From the NCBI RefSeq assembly GCF_009834535.1, contig NC_045696.1, positions 3,350,001 through 3,414,000 on the forward strand: 64,000 nucleotides of DNA, in the 5' to 3' direction. The stretch comes from Camelus ferus. Lineage: Eukaryota. Position numbers and translations under genes: made by a program. A model generated the notes under the pieces. The model was not told the origin of the DNA, made no database searches, and saw only the letters and a list, made by a program, of their open reading frames with translations. Shown one piece after another: positions 12,015-23,135 of this stretch. Numbering within the stretch: position 1 is the first letter of the stretch; the number at the start of each line of letters is the position of its first letter.

Positions 12015-15009
12015 AAATAGGTTATTTGAATAGCCCTTTACCTATTAAGGAAATTGAATTCATAATTTTAAAGCTCCCAATGTAGAACTCTCCAAGCCCA
12101 GATGGTTTAGGAAGGAATTCTTCCCAATTGATTTAATTTGGCTGGTATTCCCTTGGTCCCAGACAATGATAGTATGAAAAAAAGGAAATACAGACCAAAA
12201 CCCCTCATAAATATAGATGCAAAAATCCTTAACAAAATATCAGCAAACAGAATTCCGCAATGTAATTTGAAACTTATGCACTGTGTTCAAGGGGGGTTTA
12301 CTGCAGGCAGGCCAAGGTGGTTCAATATTTGAAACTGCTTCATGTCGTGCATCGTAGTGACAGACTAAAGAAGGAAAATCACATGATCATGTCATTTGAT
12401 GCATTAAAAAACACGGGACAATTTCAACACCTATTCACGATTTAAAAAAAAAAACTATCAGAAAAACAGGAATTGAGGGCAACTTCCTCAACCTGATAGA
12501 GAACAGCTTCAAGAAAGCTACAGCTAACATTCTAATTAGTGGTGACAGACTGAATGCTGCCCCTTTAAGAGCAAGAATAATGCAAAGATATCTGCTTTCA
12601 CCACTCTTACTCAACAAAGCGCTGGAAATTCTAACCTGCGTGGAAGGTAAAAGGAGTAACAGGCACACAGACTTGAAAGGGAAAAACAGAACTGTCTCCA
12701 GCTGCAAATGGCATCCTTGTCTTCCAAGGAAATTCCAAGGAATCAACAAAAACAATCCTAAAGCAGTAAGTGAGGCCAGCAAGGTCACAGGATGCAAGGT
12801 AAACCTACAAAAATAAATTTTATGTCTATATCCTAGCAATGAACTTACGGACACCAAACTCTAAAATAGTGTATCATATACAATTGCTCAAACAAAAGTA
12901 AATACTTGGGTACAGACCCAACAAAAACATGTGTAGGGTCTGTATACTAACAACTAAAATGTGCTGATGGAAGAGATCAGAGAAAACCTTTAAAAGTGGA
13001 GAGACAAGTCATGTTTATGGATTTGGAAGAATTAACATGGTAAAGATGTCAATTATTTCCAGATTGATATACAGGTTTGATGCAATTCCTATCAAAATCC
13101 CAACAAGTTTTTTCTGTAGACATAAACAAGAGTAGTCTAAAAGTTTTAGTAGGGCAAAGGAATTAGAATAGTTAAAACAATTTTATGAAAGAAGAAGAAA
13201 GTAGGGGGAAATTAGTCTACCTGATTTCAAGACTACTTATGGCTCCAGTAATCCAGGCTGTTTGGCAAAGGGAGAGACACAAAGATCAACGGAACAGAAT
13301 GGAAAGTCTGGAATTAGACTCACATGAATACGCTTGACTGCTTTTGACATAGGTTCAAAGCACTTCAGTGGAAGAAGAACAGCTTTTTCCATAAATGATG
13401 CTAAAGCAGTTGGACATCAGCAGGCAAAAAGGAAAAGAAGCTGGCCTCAGCCTTGTGCCTTGTGTGAAAGTCAACTCAAAATGCATCTCAGATCTAAGTG
13501 TAACATCATAAATCTTTTAGGGAAAAAGGTAGGAGAAAATATGGCATCTAGGGCCAGGCAAAGAGCTTCTGAACATGAAAAGCATGGTCCATGAAATGAG
13601 ACATTCATAAATGAGACTGCATCAATATGAACCACCTTGCCTCGGACAAAGGCGCTGTTAGAAAGATGAAGTCAAGCTACAGACGGGGAGAAAATAAGTG
13701 CAAACCTCACGTCCGACAGAGGACCAGCGGCTGGAACGTGTGAAGCCCTCTCAGAACTCAACGGTGAAAACCACCAAGCAATCCAATCCGAAAACGGGCA
13801 GAAGGCATGAAGGGACATTTCACAGAAAAAGAGATACAGATAGTAAACAAGCAGGTGAAGAGAAGTTTAGCAGCATGAACCATGAAAGGAACGCAAGTTA
13901 AAACCGCAATCAGATGGCACTGCTCACTGTTAGGACGGCTAAAATAAAAACAAAATAGTGCACGACCACCGAATTGGAGGGCGCAGATAACCTGGACCGC
14001 TCGCGCCTTGCTGGTGGGATGTGAGAGGTACAGCCAGCCTGGAAAGCAGCCCGGTAGTTTCTGCAAGAGCTGAGCACGAAACTGCCATTCAGCCCGCAGT
14101 CGTACTCCTGGACGTCTAGCCCAGAGAAACGAAGGCTTACATTCACAAAACTCGGTACACAAATGCTCACGACAGGTTTATGTGCAACAGCCCAGATCTG
14201 CAGACAGCCCAGAAGTCCTTCAACAGGTGGATGGGGCCCACCCACACCGTGGAATGCTACTCAGCGGTGAAAAGGAAAGGACTGTCGATGCACACAACAG
14301 CCTGGGTGGACCTCCAGAGAATTCTCATGGAAAAGCTGATCCCAAGAGGTTGCATACTGTGTGATTCCATTTATGTAACATTCTCGAAACAACAAAATTA
14401 TAGAAACTGGGAGGAGGTTTGTGACTGTCAGAAGTCAAGGAGGGGATGGAGCAGAAGGATAGAGGGTGTGGCTGTAAGGGGGCAGCAGGAGGGACCCTCG
14501 CGGGCCTGAAATGCTCTGTATCCGGGCTGGACCGAGTTCAGCATCCCAGCTGCGGGGCTCTGCCACAGTTTTGCAAGTGTAACCGCTCGGGGAAACAGGG
14601 TGAAGGCTTCCACGGAATCTATCTGTGTTCTTTCTTACAGCTATAATTCTCTCAAAATACAAACATCACAGAACAATCCTGAGTGAGGCACAGTAGATGT
14701 TATGAGGAGTGTGGGAGCAAGGAAGTGAGTGCAGGGGCTTTGAAGATGAAGAGGGAGAGGACCAAGGAGGAGAGGGTGTCGGGTCTCCCGGAACCGGACA
14801 ACCAATGCAGAGCCAGGAGTGTTTGTGACCACCCTTTGTCAATTGTCAACTTGCGAAGGTGAGAACAGAAGGGACGATGCTCTTCTTTCTTGCTAGAACT
14901 CTGTGAGTGTGTGAGCAAATGTGTGTGTGCACATACACGCCTGCACACCCAGGCATCTGCACGCAGACAGTGGTGGGTGGGATGGCAACCTCATCACTGG
15001 TCCTCTGTG

Positions 15010-15120
15010 ATGCTGGGCCAGTTCCTAACCTCTCAAAGCCTTCATCTGCATCAGTAAAATGGGAATAAAAAGAGTACCACCGTGATGGTTGAATAAGATG
15101 GGGTAGTTAAGGCACCTGGG
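15010..15120 (+). mobile_element. MIR fragment
   Basis: GGGCCAGTTCCTAACCTCTC...CAGTAAAATGGGAATAA core. Confidence 0.6.
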
Positions 15121-15386
15121 AGCCCAGGAGAGCGAAGAGAGAGAGGCTCATATGCATCTAATACTTTTTCCACATCTGGAGACCCTGACCCTCCATGTTC
15201 CTCCAGTCTTTCATTGTCTTTTCTGCTTACCATCTGGCCAAATGGCTTTATTCCTCTTTGCCTCCTAAGATGAACTGCCGTGTGGGATGTTCTGCAAGAA
15301 AAAAAAATGGGTGGATAAATATACAAAGAAACTCCAAGGTCACCAACCTCAGAGTGACAGTATCTCGTGTCAAATATTAAGGCATC

Positions 15387-15688
15387 AATATGGTGAACAA
15401 AGGTAAAAACTCCCAGCTGTAAGATACGCAAGTCCGGGGGATGTAAAGTACAGCACAGTGGCTAGAGTTAATGATACTGTATTGCATATGTGAACATTGC
15501 TGAGACAGTAAGTCTTTTAACAGTTCTCATCACAAGAAAGCACATCCGTAACTATGTGAGGCGACGGATGTTAACCAGACTTACTGTGCTCATCACTTCA
15601 CAGAATCTACATAATCAATTCACCATGCTGTTCACCTTAAACTAATAGCGTGCTGTATACCAATGACATCTCAGTACAACGGGAACAT
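15387..15688 (+). mobile_element. 5'-truncated L1 3'UTR (L1MA9/laurasiatherian-type) with 13-bp TSD
   Basis: Typical 3'UTR motifs (GTTAATGATACTGTATTGCATA, GTAACTATGTGAGG); flanked by ATATTAAGGCATC at 15374-15386 and 15689-15701. Confidence 0.85.
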
Positions 15689-16814
15689 ATATTAAGGCAT
15701 CTTACTTTTTGCTGATGCCCAGCCCTTCCGATTTACAGATTTGTTGTTGTTTCCCCCAGAGCAGACCCAGAGGACCGGGGAGGCTGTGACTGGTTCTCAC
15801 GGCGGCTTACCTGCCTCCCTGGAGGCCCTCCAATGTTTGTTGACTGGCTGACTGAAGCCACAGACACTTTTCATATCAGTTTAAATCACAAATTCCTGTT
15901 TGCTGACTGTCCTAGGAGGCATGGCGTCTATCTCCCCTGACCTACATCTACTTAGTCACATTTACTCTGGATATTTATATTAAAAAAATTTTTTTTTACT
16001 AAAATGCATTTTGTCAGTGACTTACCCACAGCTTAGGTACAAGCACTTCCCAAGGAGCCCTTCTGCTGCAGAACAGACCCTTCTGAGGCGAGGTGTATTT
16101 ATTTGGCAATTAATGAAGGGAAGAAGCCCCTGCCTTATGTAGGACAGGTTTCAGCTGTCACCACAGCAGACACGCGGAAGCCCCAAACCACAGAGAGTGA
16201 TCCCGTTTCTGTTGTGAGTTACAAGGAGAAGTGCTGTAAAACAGGCATGATGCAATCACGTGTGCAACAGTCTGGCCCAGGGTAATGGCTGCTGCACAAA
16301 ACAGGAAGTGAGTAGGTTACTAAAGGGCATTTCTGTGCCCTCCCAGGTTGCTGCGCAGAAAGGAGCTCCCACTACCCGTCTGTCCACGGGTTGACCAGGT
16401 GTGAAATCTAGACATTCCCCATGTTTGATCAGATGACAGATTTTGCCTTTGTGAACGTGGTGGAATTCTTTTTTTTTTTTTTTTTGTAACACACATTGGA
16501 AACAATTACAGCAAAAACTGAAATTCATCAAGGTCTACAGGATCATAATAAAGGTAAACAGAGTATTTTTTACTCTGGAAGGTAAAGAATAACTTAATTA
16601 TTCTTTAGTGGAAGGTCTAGAATAACTTAAATAACATCATGTCACGTTCGCTCTAGCCAATGACTATTGCTGCAAAGTGGAAAAAAAGTGAGCTGGGGAT
16701 GTACCCGAGGCCTTAGAGCTTGAGGGGAGCTCGGCCCTCACCCGGTAACAGGGACTGATGGCCTTGAGGCTGTAGTGGATGCTCAGCCCCCTGCCGTGAG
16801 CCTGAGGGCTGGTA

Positions 16815-16960
16815 ATTCACTTAATCCTCATCACAACTTCATGAGCTAGGCAGTTATTATTCACGGTGGGGAAATAAGGCACAGAGAGAGTATGTAACTT
16901 GCCTGGGGTCACACAGCGAAAAAGTACCAGTCTCAGATCCAAAATAGTCAGGTCTGGCCC
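16815..16960 (-). mobile_element. MIR
   Basis: TTAATCCTCATCACAAC...GGGGAAATAAGGCACAGAGAG...TAACTTGCCTGGGGTCACACAGC. Confidence 0.8.
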
Positions 16961-16999
16961 CAGAAGTTGCAATTTTTTTTCCCTATAAGAAGGAGTTTT

Positions 17000-19900
17000 T
17001 TTCTTTTCTTTTTTTAAGTAAAGCACATGAATTTTAATGTAAAGCTTGGTGAATTTTACATATCTATTCACTTATATTTATATATCTAGAAGCCTGTATA
17101 CTCCCTACCCAGATCACAAAATAGAACATCTTCATCCTGTAAAAATTTCTGGTGACTTTTTCCAACCTGTTCCTTTCTCTAAAGGTAACACTAGCCTGGC
17201 TCAGTCACCACGCATTAGTTTTGTTTATCCCTGCTCTTCGTACGATTGGAACACAGTGTGTACTACTTCCCGTATGGCTTCTTTCACTCAACATTATGTT
17301 TCTGAGATTCGCCCGTGTTGCTGTACATACCTAGAGTTCCTTCCTTTACGCCACTTCTTTTTCCATCCTTCTGTGGATGGACACTTGAGTTGTTTCTGGT
17401 TTGGGGCTATTATAAGCAAAGGTGCTTGGTGGACATAAACACTCCTTTCTCTTGAGAATGTACATAGCAGTGAAATTGATGGGTTATGGACAAGAACATG
17501 GTTAACCTGAGTAGATCCTACCAACCAGTTTCCCAAATTTATGCCGATTTACATTCCCACCCTGCAGTGTAAGAGTTCCCACTGGTCCGCGTCTTTGTCA
17601 TCACTTTGCATTTTCAGTTTTTTTTTTAATATGGCTATTCTGATAGGTATGGTAATTACATCACCACGGTTTTAATTTGCCTTTCTGTATCAACTAATGA
17701 CCTGCTTGCTCCGTTTTCCCCTATTTGAAAATGGTGTCGTTTTGTTTTTAGTATTGATTTGTAGGATTTCTTGATGTAATTTTGATGATAGAAGTCCTTA
17801 GTTTTAATAAAATCCAATTTACCAGTATGTTCCTTTATGGTTTCATTTTTCTTACGTGTATGTCTTTAAGAAATTTCTGCCCACCACAAGAATGTGAAAA
17901 TGTTTTCTGCTTTCTTCTAGAGGCACCATGGTTTCTGTTTCCACATCTAAGTTTATGATCCATCTTGAATTAATTTCTATGCATGCTGAAAGGCAGGAGG
18001 CCAAGGTGCATTTTTCCATTTGCTTGTTTATTGTTCCAGCGCCAGTTTACTGAAAAAGAAGTCCTTTCTCCGCTGCATTGCACCAGCACTTCGATTTAAT
18101 CAGGTCTCCATGCAAGGGAGGGGGGCGCGTTTCTGGAACATCTATTCTTTTCCATCGGTCTGTCCGTTGGTCTTACACCAATGCCACGTCATCTTCATTC
18201 TGTAGTTTGAAAGTAAGACCTGGGGTAGAATAGAGTCCCGGATCCTTTGTATTTCCATATGAACTTCATAATTAGCTTGCCAATTGTTATGAAAATGTGG
18301 GGAGGGGGGAGGAGAAAGAAGAAAGCAAGCCTCAGTGGGGTTCTGACTGGGACTGCACTCATCTAGCGACCACTTTGTGTGAAGATCACGTCTTAACAGC
18401 ATCAAATACCCTAACCCACGACTCTGGGGTATCCCTGAATTTATGTGTCGTCTGTAGTTTCTCTACAGTGCTATAATCTTTTCAGTCCATCTTTAGTTAG
18501 ATTTATTCTTTTTTATATTTTTTGTAATATTGTTATTGTAAATGATGTCAGAGAGCAGATTCTTGTCTTGTTGCAGAAAGAATTAAGAAATGAGACACAA
18601 AGTTCAAGAGAGCAAAACAAGGATTTATTAAGGGTTAGACAGTTCACTTTCAAGGGGAAAGTGCGCAGACCCAGATGGGGAGCCGCCCCGAGTTTCCTTG
18701 GCAAGGTGGCTACATGGGGTGTGAAAATGAACAGGCAGAATATTCAAGGACAGGGAGGGGCTTGGGGTTGTCTTTTTTGCCCTTATTTAGTTTTGTTCGG
18801 GAAGTCGGATGGGGTCATAATGAACAAAAGGTTACATTCTGTCGGAGTATCATAAGCGAAAGGTTACATTCGGACGGTGGAGATTCCTGTCTTGTCCCAC
18901 CTTTCTTTGCCTCCAGGACACTTGTCAACCCAGATTGTATGGCTTCTTATCAGCCTGGAGGTTCCTGCTTTTCTTGGTCTGTCCAAGGACCCCCGTTGTT
19001 CACAAGACTTATGGTTTCCTACCATTTGGTCCGTGTCCCCCTTTCTCTGCTCATATCTAGCTACCTCCCTGCTCGAACACTGATATATTTTAAACGCACT
19101 GACTAATCATGTGCTGCTAGTGTGTAGAAATATGATTGATTTTTCTATACTGACTTTGTATCTTGTAATCTTCCTCAAAGATCATGTAGGAATCTTTTCC
19201 TAAATAAATAAGCACATATTCCTGCTTTAACCTTTATTATTTCCTTCCTTCTGCTTGCTTTGGGTTTAGTTTGCTCTTCTTTTCTAGGTACTTCAGGCAG
19301 AAGTTTAGTTTATTGACTTGAGGTGTCCTTTTTTAACATTGCATTTATGGCTATAAATTCCCCTCTAAGCACTGCTTTCACTGCATCCGGCAGATTCTGG
19401 TATCTTGTATTTTAATTTTCAATCATCCCAAAGTGTATTCTGATTTCCCTTGTGATTTCTTCTTTGAACTGTTGGTGACTTAGCATAGTGTTTAATTTCC
19501 ACATATTAGTGAATTTCCTGAAGTCGTTTGTTAATGACAATAATAGATAGTTTGCTGATGTGCCTAAGTTTGATTTTTTTTTTAATTGTTCATCCTGATT
19601 GGAATTAATTTCTTGAATCTGTGGGTTGCTATCTTTCACAAGATTTAGAAAATGTTTGGCTACTGTTTCTTCAAATATGCTCCTTCCACTCCCCCTTCCC
19701 TCCCCCTCCCCTTCTCCCTCTCCTGCCCCTCCCCCTCCCCTTCTTCTCCGGGACTCTGCGGACACCCAGGTGGGTGCTGGCCACGCTCTTCCTACATGTC
19801 TTACCCTTTGCTCTGTTTTTACCTTTTTTTCTCTCTGTGATTCGTTTTGGGTATTTTCTCTCCATCTGTCTTCAGCCACACTAACCTTGTGTTCTGCTGC

Positions 19901-20100
19901 ATCCAGTCTGCTGTCAAAGCCATCTGAGACTCCCTCATTCTGAATATTTATTTGTGCTTCTTGAATGTCCGTGTGATGCTTTCTGTGGACTCCAGTTCTC
20001 CATTGGCATGCTCCTTCCTGGCATCCATTCTGCCTCTCTTTTACTCTATTCTTGACACATTTGTCACAGTTGTTTTGAAGCCCTTGACTACGACTTCTGT
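17000..20100 (-). mobile_element. Fragmented ancient L1 (L1ME-like): 3'UTR, ORF2 and ORF1 remnants, interrupted by a solo LTR
   Basis: Minus-strand L1 peptides IIAPNQKQLKCPST, NMWKLNTMLSHQQFKEEITREIR and SIFEETVAKHFLNLVKDSNPQIQE. Confidence 0.8.
18546..19079 (-). mobile_element. ERV solo LTR (534 bp, ERV1-like)
   Basis: TG...CA termini; 4-bp TSD ATGA/CTGA (one mismatch); removing it restores the L1 sequence GTAAATGATATATTTT; minus-strand AATAAA at 18629-18624; internal duplicated AAAGGTTACATTC. Confidence 0.8.
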
Positions 20101-21352
20101 GCTCTGGGTCCTTCTCTGAAGTTTGACCTCTAACCACACCAGCCATTTCCACAGAGAAGAAATGAAACGCGTCTCCTGACCTCTGCTGCTCTCGCTCTTG
20201 CGTTCATTACCTTTCACCTCCCAGCCTGGGTGTTTGGTGGATTCGCCCTAGAGCTCTGTGCCTGCGCCCCAGGAGCCAGGCGGGAGGTGCCCGTCGCTGT
20301 GGTAGCACCAGTGCAGCAGCTCAGGTCATGTTGCGTCGCTGGAGATCAGGAGGCGTCCTCCCTTCCCCACGGAGGGTTTGGGAAGTTGTCTTGGGCAACA
20401 CCCGGTCTAAGGTTAAAACCATTTTTACCATTTTCCTTGCAATTGGCCCATCCACACTGAGGATTGCCAGTGCACCCAATGACAACGCACAATTTGAATA
20501 AAATGTTTCTATTTTTTAAAAAGTCCTAGAATTGTCCAGATGGGCAATTTAATTAAAATAGCATGTTGTGCACATCACAGACCCTGTCCTCTTGACAACA
20601 AACGTAACTCATGGGTACCGTCACTGGTTCCCCGGGGTTGCATCTGCATCTGTGGGTGGCGGATTTTGAGGGATTCTGTAAAGGTCTGTGGTGAGTCGGA
20701 GACCAGCCCCACGTGAGACTTGTGTGCGAAATGTCTCTTATGGAAGAACTCAAGTGGGTCTGGGGTTTTTATGTGTCAATTACTGCACAGTTGAGACTTT
20801 GACACAATGCAGATAACTTGACTATTTCAATTGTACCAAGTTTTCAGCTCTTGACCATTTGAGAGGTTAGAAGTGCTACGTGGGCTGTCAGCTGGCAGTG
20901 CCTGGTAGGGGATAAACAGGGAAACCCTGCCAGGCAAGGATTCAGACCTGGAACCGAGCCGTGAGCACTGTGCTGAGGGCCCCGTGGACCCGGGAACGGC
21001 CTTGGGTCTACTTTATGAGGTCCAATGTCCCTGGACACTCTCTGGCCCCCCCGCTTACCCAACCAGCCTCATCCCCACCGTGCTGGCCACTCCTGGCCGG
21101 GCACCAGCACCCCACTGTCCTCACACTGCCCTTAGTGTCTCCAACCTGAGCATCCTTGGTTCCTTCACCCAACACTGGCTCTGGTCACCTTTCTCAGGAT
21201 GTTCTTCGGTTCCAAGGCCCTTTCTAAGAGGAAGTGCCCACACCATGCTTCCTAGAGGCCCGAATGTCCCCTCTCCCCTCACTGGAGGACAGCAGGACAC
21301 ACATCTGAGCGGACACCATTTATGTAGCCTGACATCACCACGGTTCTGTTAG

Positions 21353-21496
21353 CATCCCACTCTGTCCAGCTGTCCTAGCCACGCCCATCGTCTGGTCGTC
21401 CATCCCACTCTGTCCAGCTGTCCTAGCCACGCCCATCTTCTGGTCGTCCATCCCACTCTGTCCAGCTGTCCTAGCCACGCCCATTGTCTGGTTGTC
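21353..21496. repeat. 48-bp minisatellite, 3 copies
   Basis: Unit CATCCCACTCTGTCCAGCTGTCCTAGCCACGCCCATCGTCTGGTCGTC starting at 21353, 21401 and 21449. Confidence 0.95.
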
Positions 21497-21989
21497 CCCC
21501 ATTCCCTGCCTGGGGTCTTGACCCTCTTCCAGCTCAAGACGTCTCCCTCCCAAGCACTGACAGCACTAACAGTACCTTAAACAGGCAGGGAACAAGTGTG
21601 CCTCCGCCTGGGGGGAAACCGGTGCCAACAGCCATGTGACTGCGTTTGGGGCACTCGATTCACTCCTGAGAGAGGCCAAGAGCCGCAACACTTAGAAGCC
21701 CTCTCTGTTCCTGCTCCGGGTCCCCCTGTGTGACAGCAGAGTGTGGGTGCCTGTGAGCCCCGTCACAGAATCACAGACGTAGGGGCCTCATAGGCTGGCG
21801 GAGAGACCAGTCACACCAGATGTCACCTTCCTCCTCCTTTGCTTCATCATCTCAGGAACAGAGATGATGGAAACATGCCTTTCCAGCGCCTCCTCCGGTC
21901 CCCACCGCAGTGACCTGCCCAGGATGGTCACCAGCTCCCCCACACTCTCCCCGTCCTTTCCTGGTGCCAGCAGCCCGGGATCCCCACAA

Positions 21990-22130
21990 TAGGGCCCCTG
22001 AGACTCTGACAGAATACGGTCTGGGCAGAGTCTGAACAGCCCCCAGGTGATTCACATACAAATCCAGACTTGAGAAGGAGCGCCCTGTGCCTAAACTTGA
22101 CACGCTGTTAAAATCACCCGGGACCTCCAT
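21990..22130. mobile_element. Possible MER5A-like (hAT-Charlie) fragments
   Basis: GACTCTGAC...GGTCTGGG...CCCCAGGTGATTC...TTGAGAA and AAATCACCCGGGA motifs. Confidence 0.35.
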
Positions 22131-22680
22131 GAGACACTCCACCCACATCGGTCAGTGGGTAAGGACTGTGAGTCGAACCAGCTCCTCTGAGTGCCCACAG
22201 CATCTCTGCCTCCCTGCGGATGTGGTGTCACCGTGAAGTCTGCCCTGAAGGTGAGGCTGTGGACCCCTTTCCTGTTGTGAGTTGTTGGTACCTAACCCTC
22301 CGCCTCCCCCCAGCACACACCCAACATGAGCAGACCTCCTGTCCCCTGCGCTGGTGACACACAGTACAGTAAGTCGTGCCCAAACCAGGCTGCTCAGTAG
22401 AACCTCCTGGGGGAGGGGCTGTTTAAAAATAATGATGCCTCCAGGTCACCCCAGACCCGTGAATCAGGACCCCTGGGTGGGATTCAGGAAAGGGAACTGC
22501 GGTGGCCACACCTTGAAGCCCATCCTGAGCCGTGGGAGCAGCCCAGGTGGACAGAGGGCCAGGTGCCCCCCGCCACCCCATTTCTCTCACAACCCTTCGC
22601 CTGTCCCCCACTCACATTCGTGGTCGTTTTGCCCCCTGCTGGAGGTGGCCGTCCTCCTTACCTCACCTGGCCCGTTGGCC

Positions 22681-22736
22681 TGAGTCAGTCCAGCTGAGGT
22701 CCACAGGGCCACGTGGTCTGAGGTCACTCCAGGGCA
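22681..22736. promoter_or_regulatory. Candidate distal ABCG1 enhancer/promoter: AP-1, E-boxes and a DR4 LXR element
   Basis: TGAGTCA 22681-22687, CAGCTG 22691-22696, CACGTG 22710-22715, AGGTCActccAGGGCA 22721-22736. Confidence 0.55.
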
Positions 22737-23101
22737 GGATTGTGGTGGGCGGGCTCAGGCCCACAAGGACACCAGGGCCGGGGTGGCTCTGTCCTGATGA
22801 ACTGCAGGATGAGAAATGAGACGTGGAGCATAAGCTCTGGTCAGTTACCTCAGTTTCAATTCCAAAACAGTATTTCCTCCACGTGCTAAAGGCTAAAGGA
22901 CTTAAGAACTACGGACACCTGAACAAGAGGACGTAGGCGGTTGGGGGCAGAGTTCTTTGCTCCCGGACACAGGAAGAGGGGTCCTAGGATGCTCCTGGTG
23001 GTTAGTGGCAGATTCTTACAGCAACTCTATCCATGGAATAATTTCAGAACATGGACACTGGAAAACCATGTAAGACTGTCTCACACAATTAGGACTGAAA
23101 A

Positions 23102-23103
<2 letters not shown>

Positions 23104-23133
<30 letters not shown>
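23104..23133. repeat. (AG)15 microsatellite
   Basis: Perfect dinucleotide run. Confidence 0.95.

Positions 23134-23135
<2 letters not shown>

Larger units (their letters stand above)
9130..14660 (+). mobile_element. Near full-length decayed ancient LINE-1 (L1MC-like); the 5'UTR may extend further left to about 8.3-8.4 kb
   Basis: ORF1-like peptides (NSPNLAKDRNLQIQE...STPRHTTIKLLK, 9667-9915). ORF2 EN/RT peptides (IKAEINQIKNRRTLKKINETQSWFLE; YRPKPLINIDAKILNKISANRI). L1MC1/2-type 3'UTR ending near 14660. Many stops and frameshifts. Confidence 0.9.

Noticed and set aside
9130..14660. Active L1 or domesticated reverse-transcriptase gene
   Set aside because: ORF1 and ORF2 are broken by many stops, frameshifts, deletions and nested insertions
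21335..21553. Repeat-protein ORFs (QTMGVARTAGQSGMDD)n, or a CRISPR-like array
   Set aside because: Simply the translation of a 48-bp minisatellite; no unique spacers and a mammalian context
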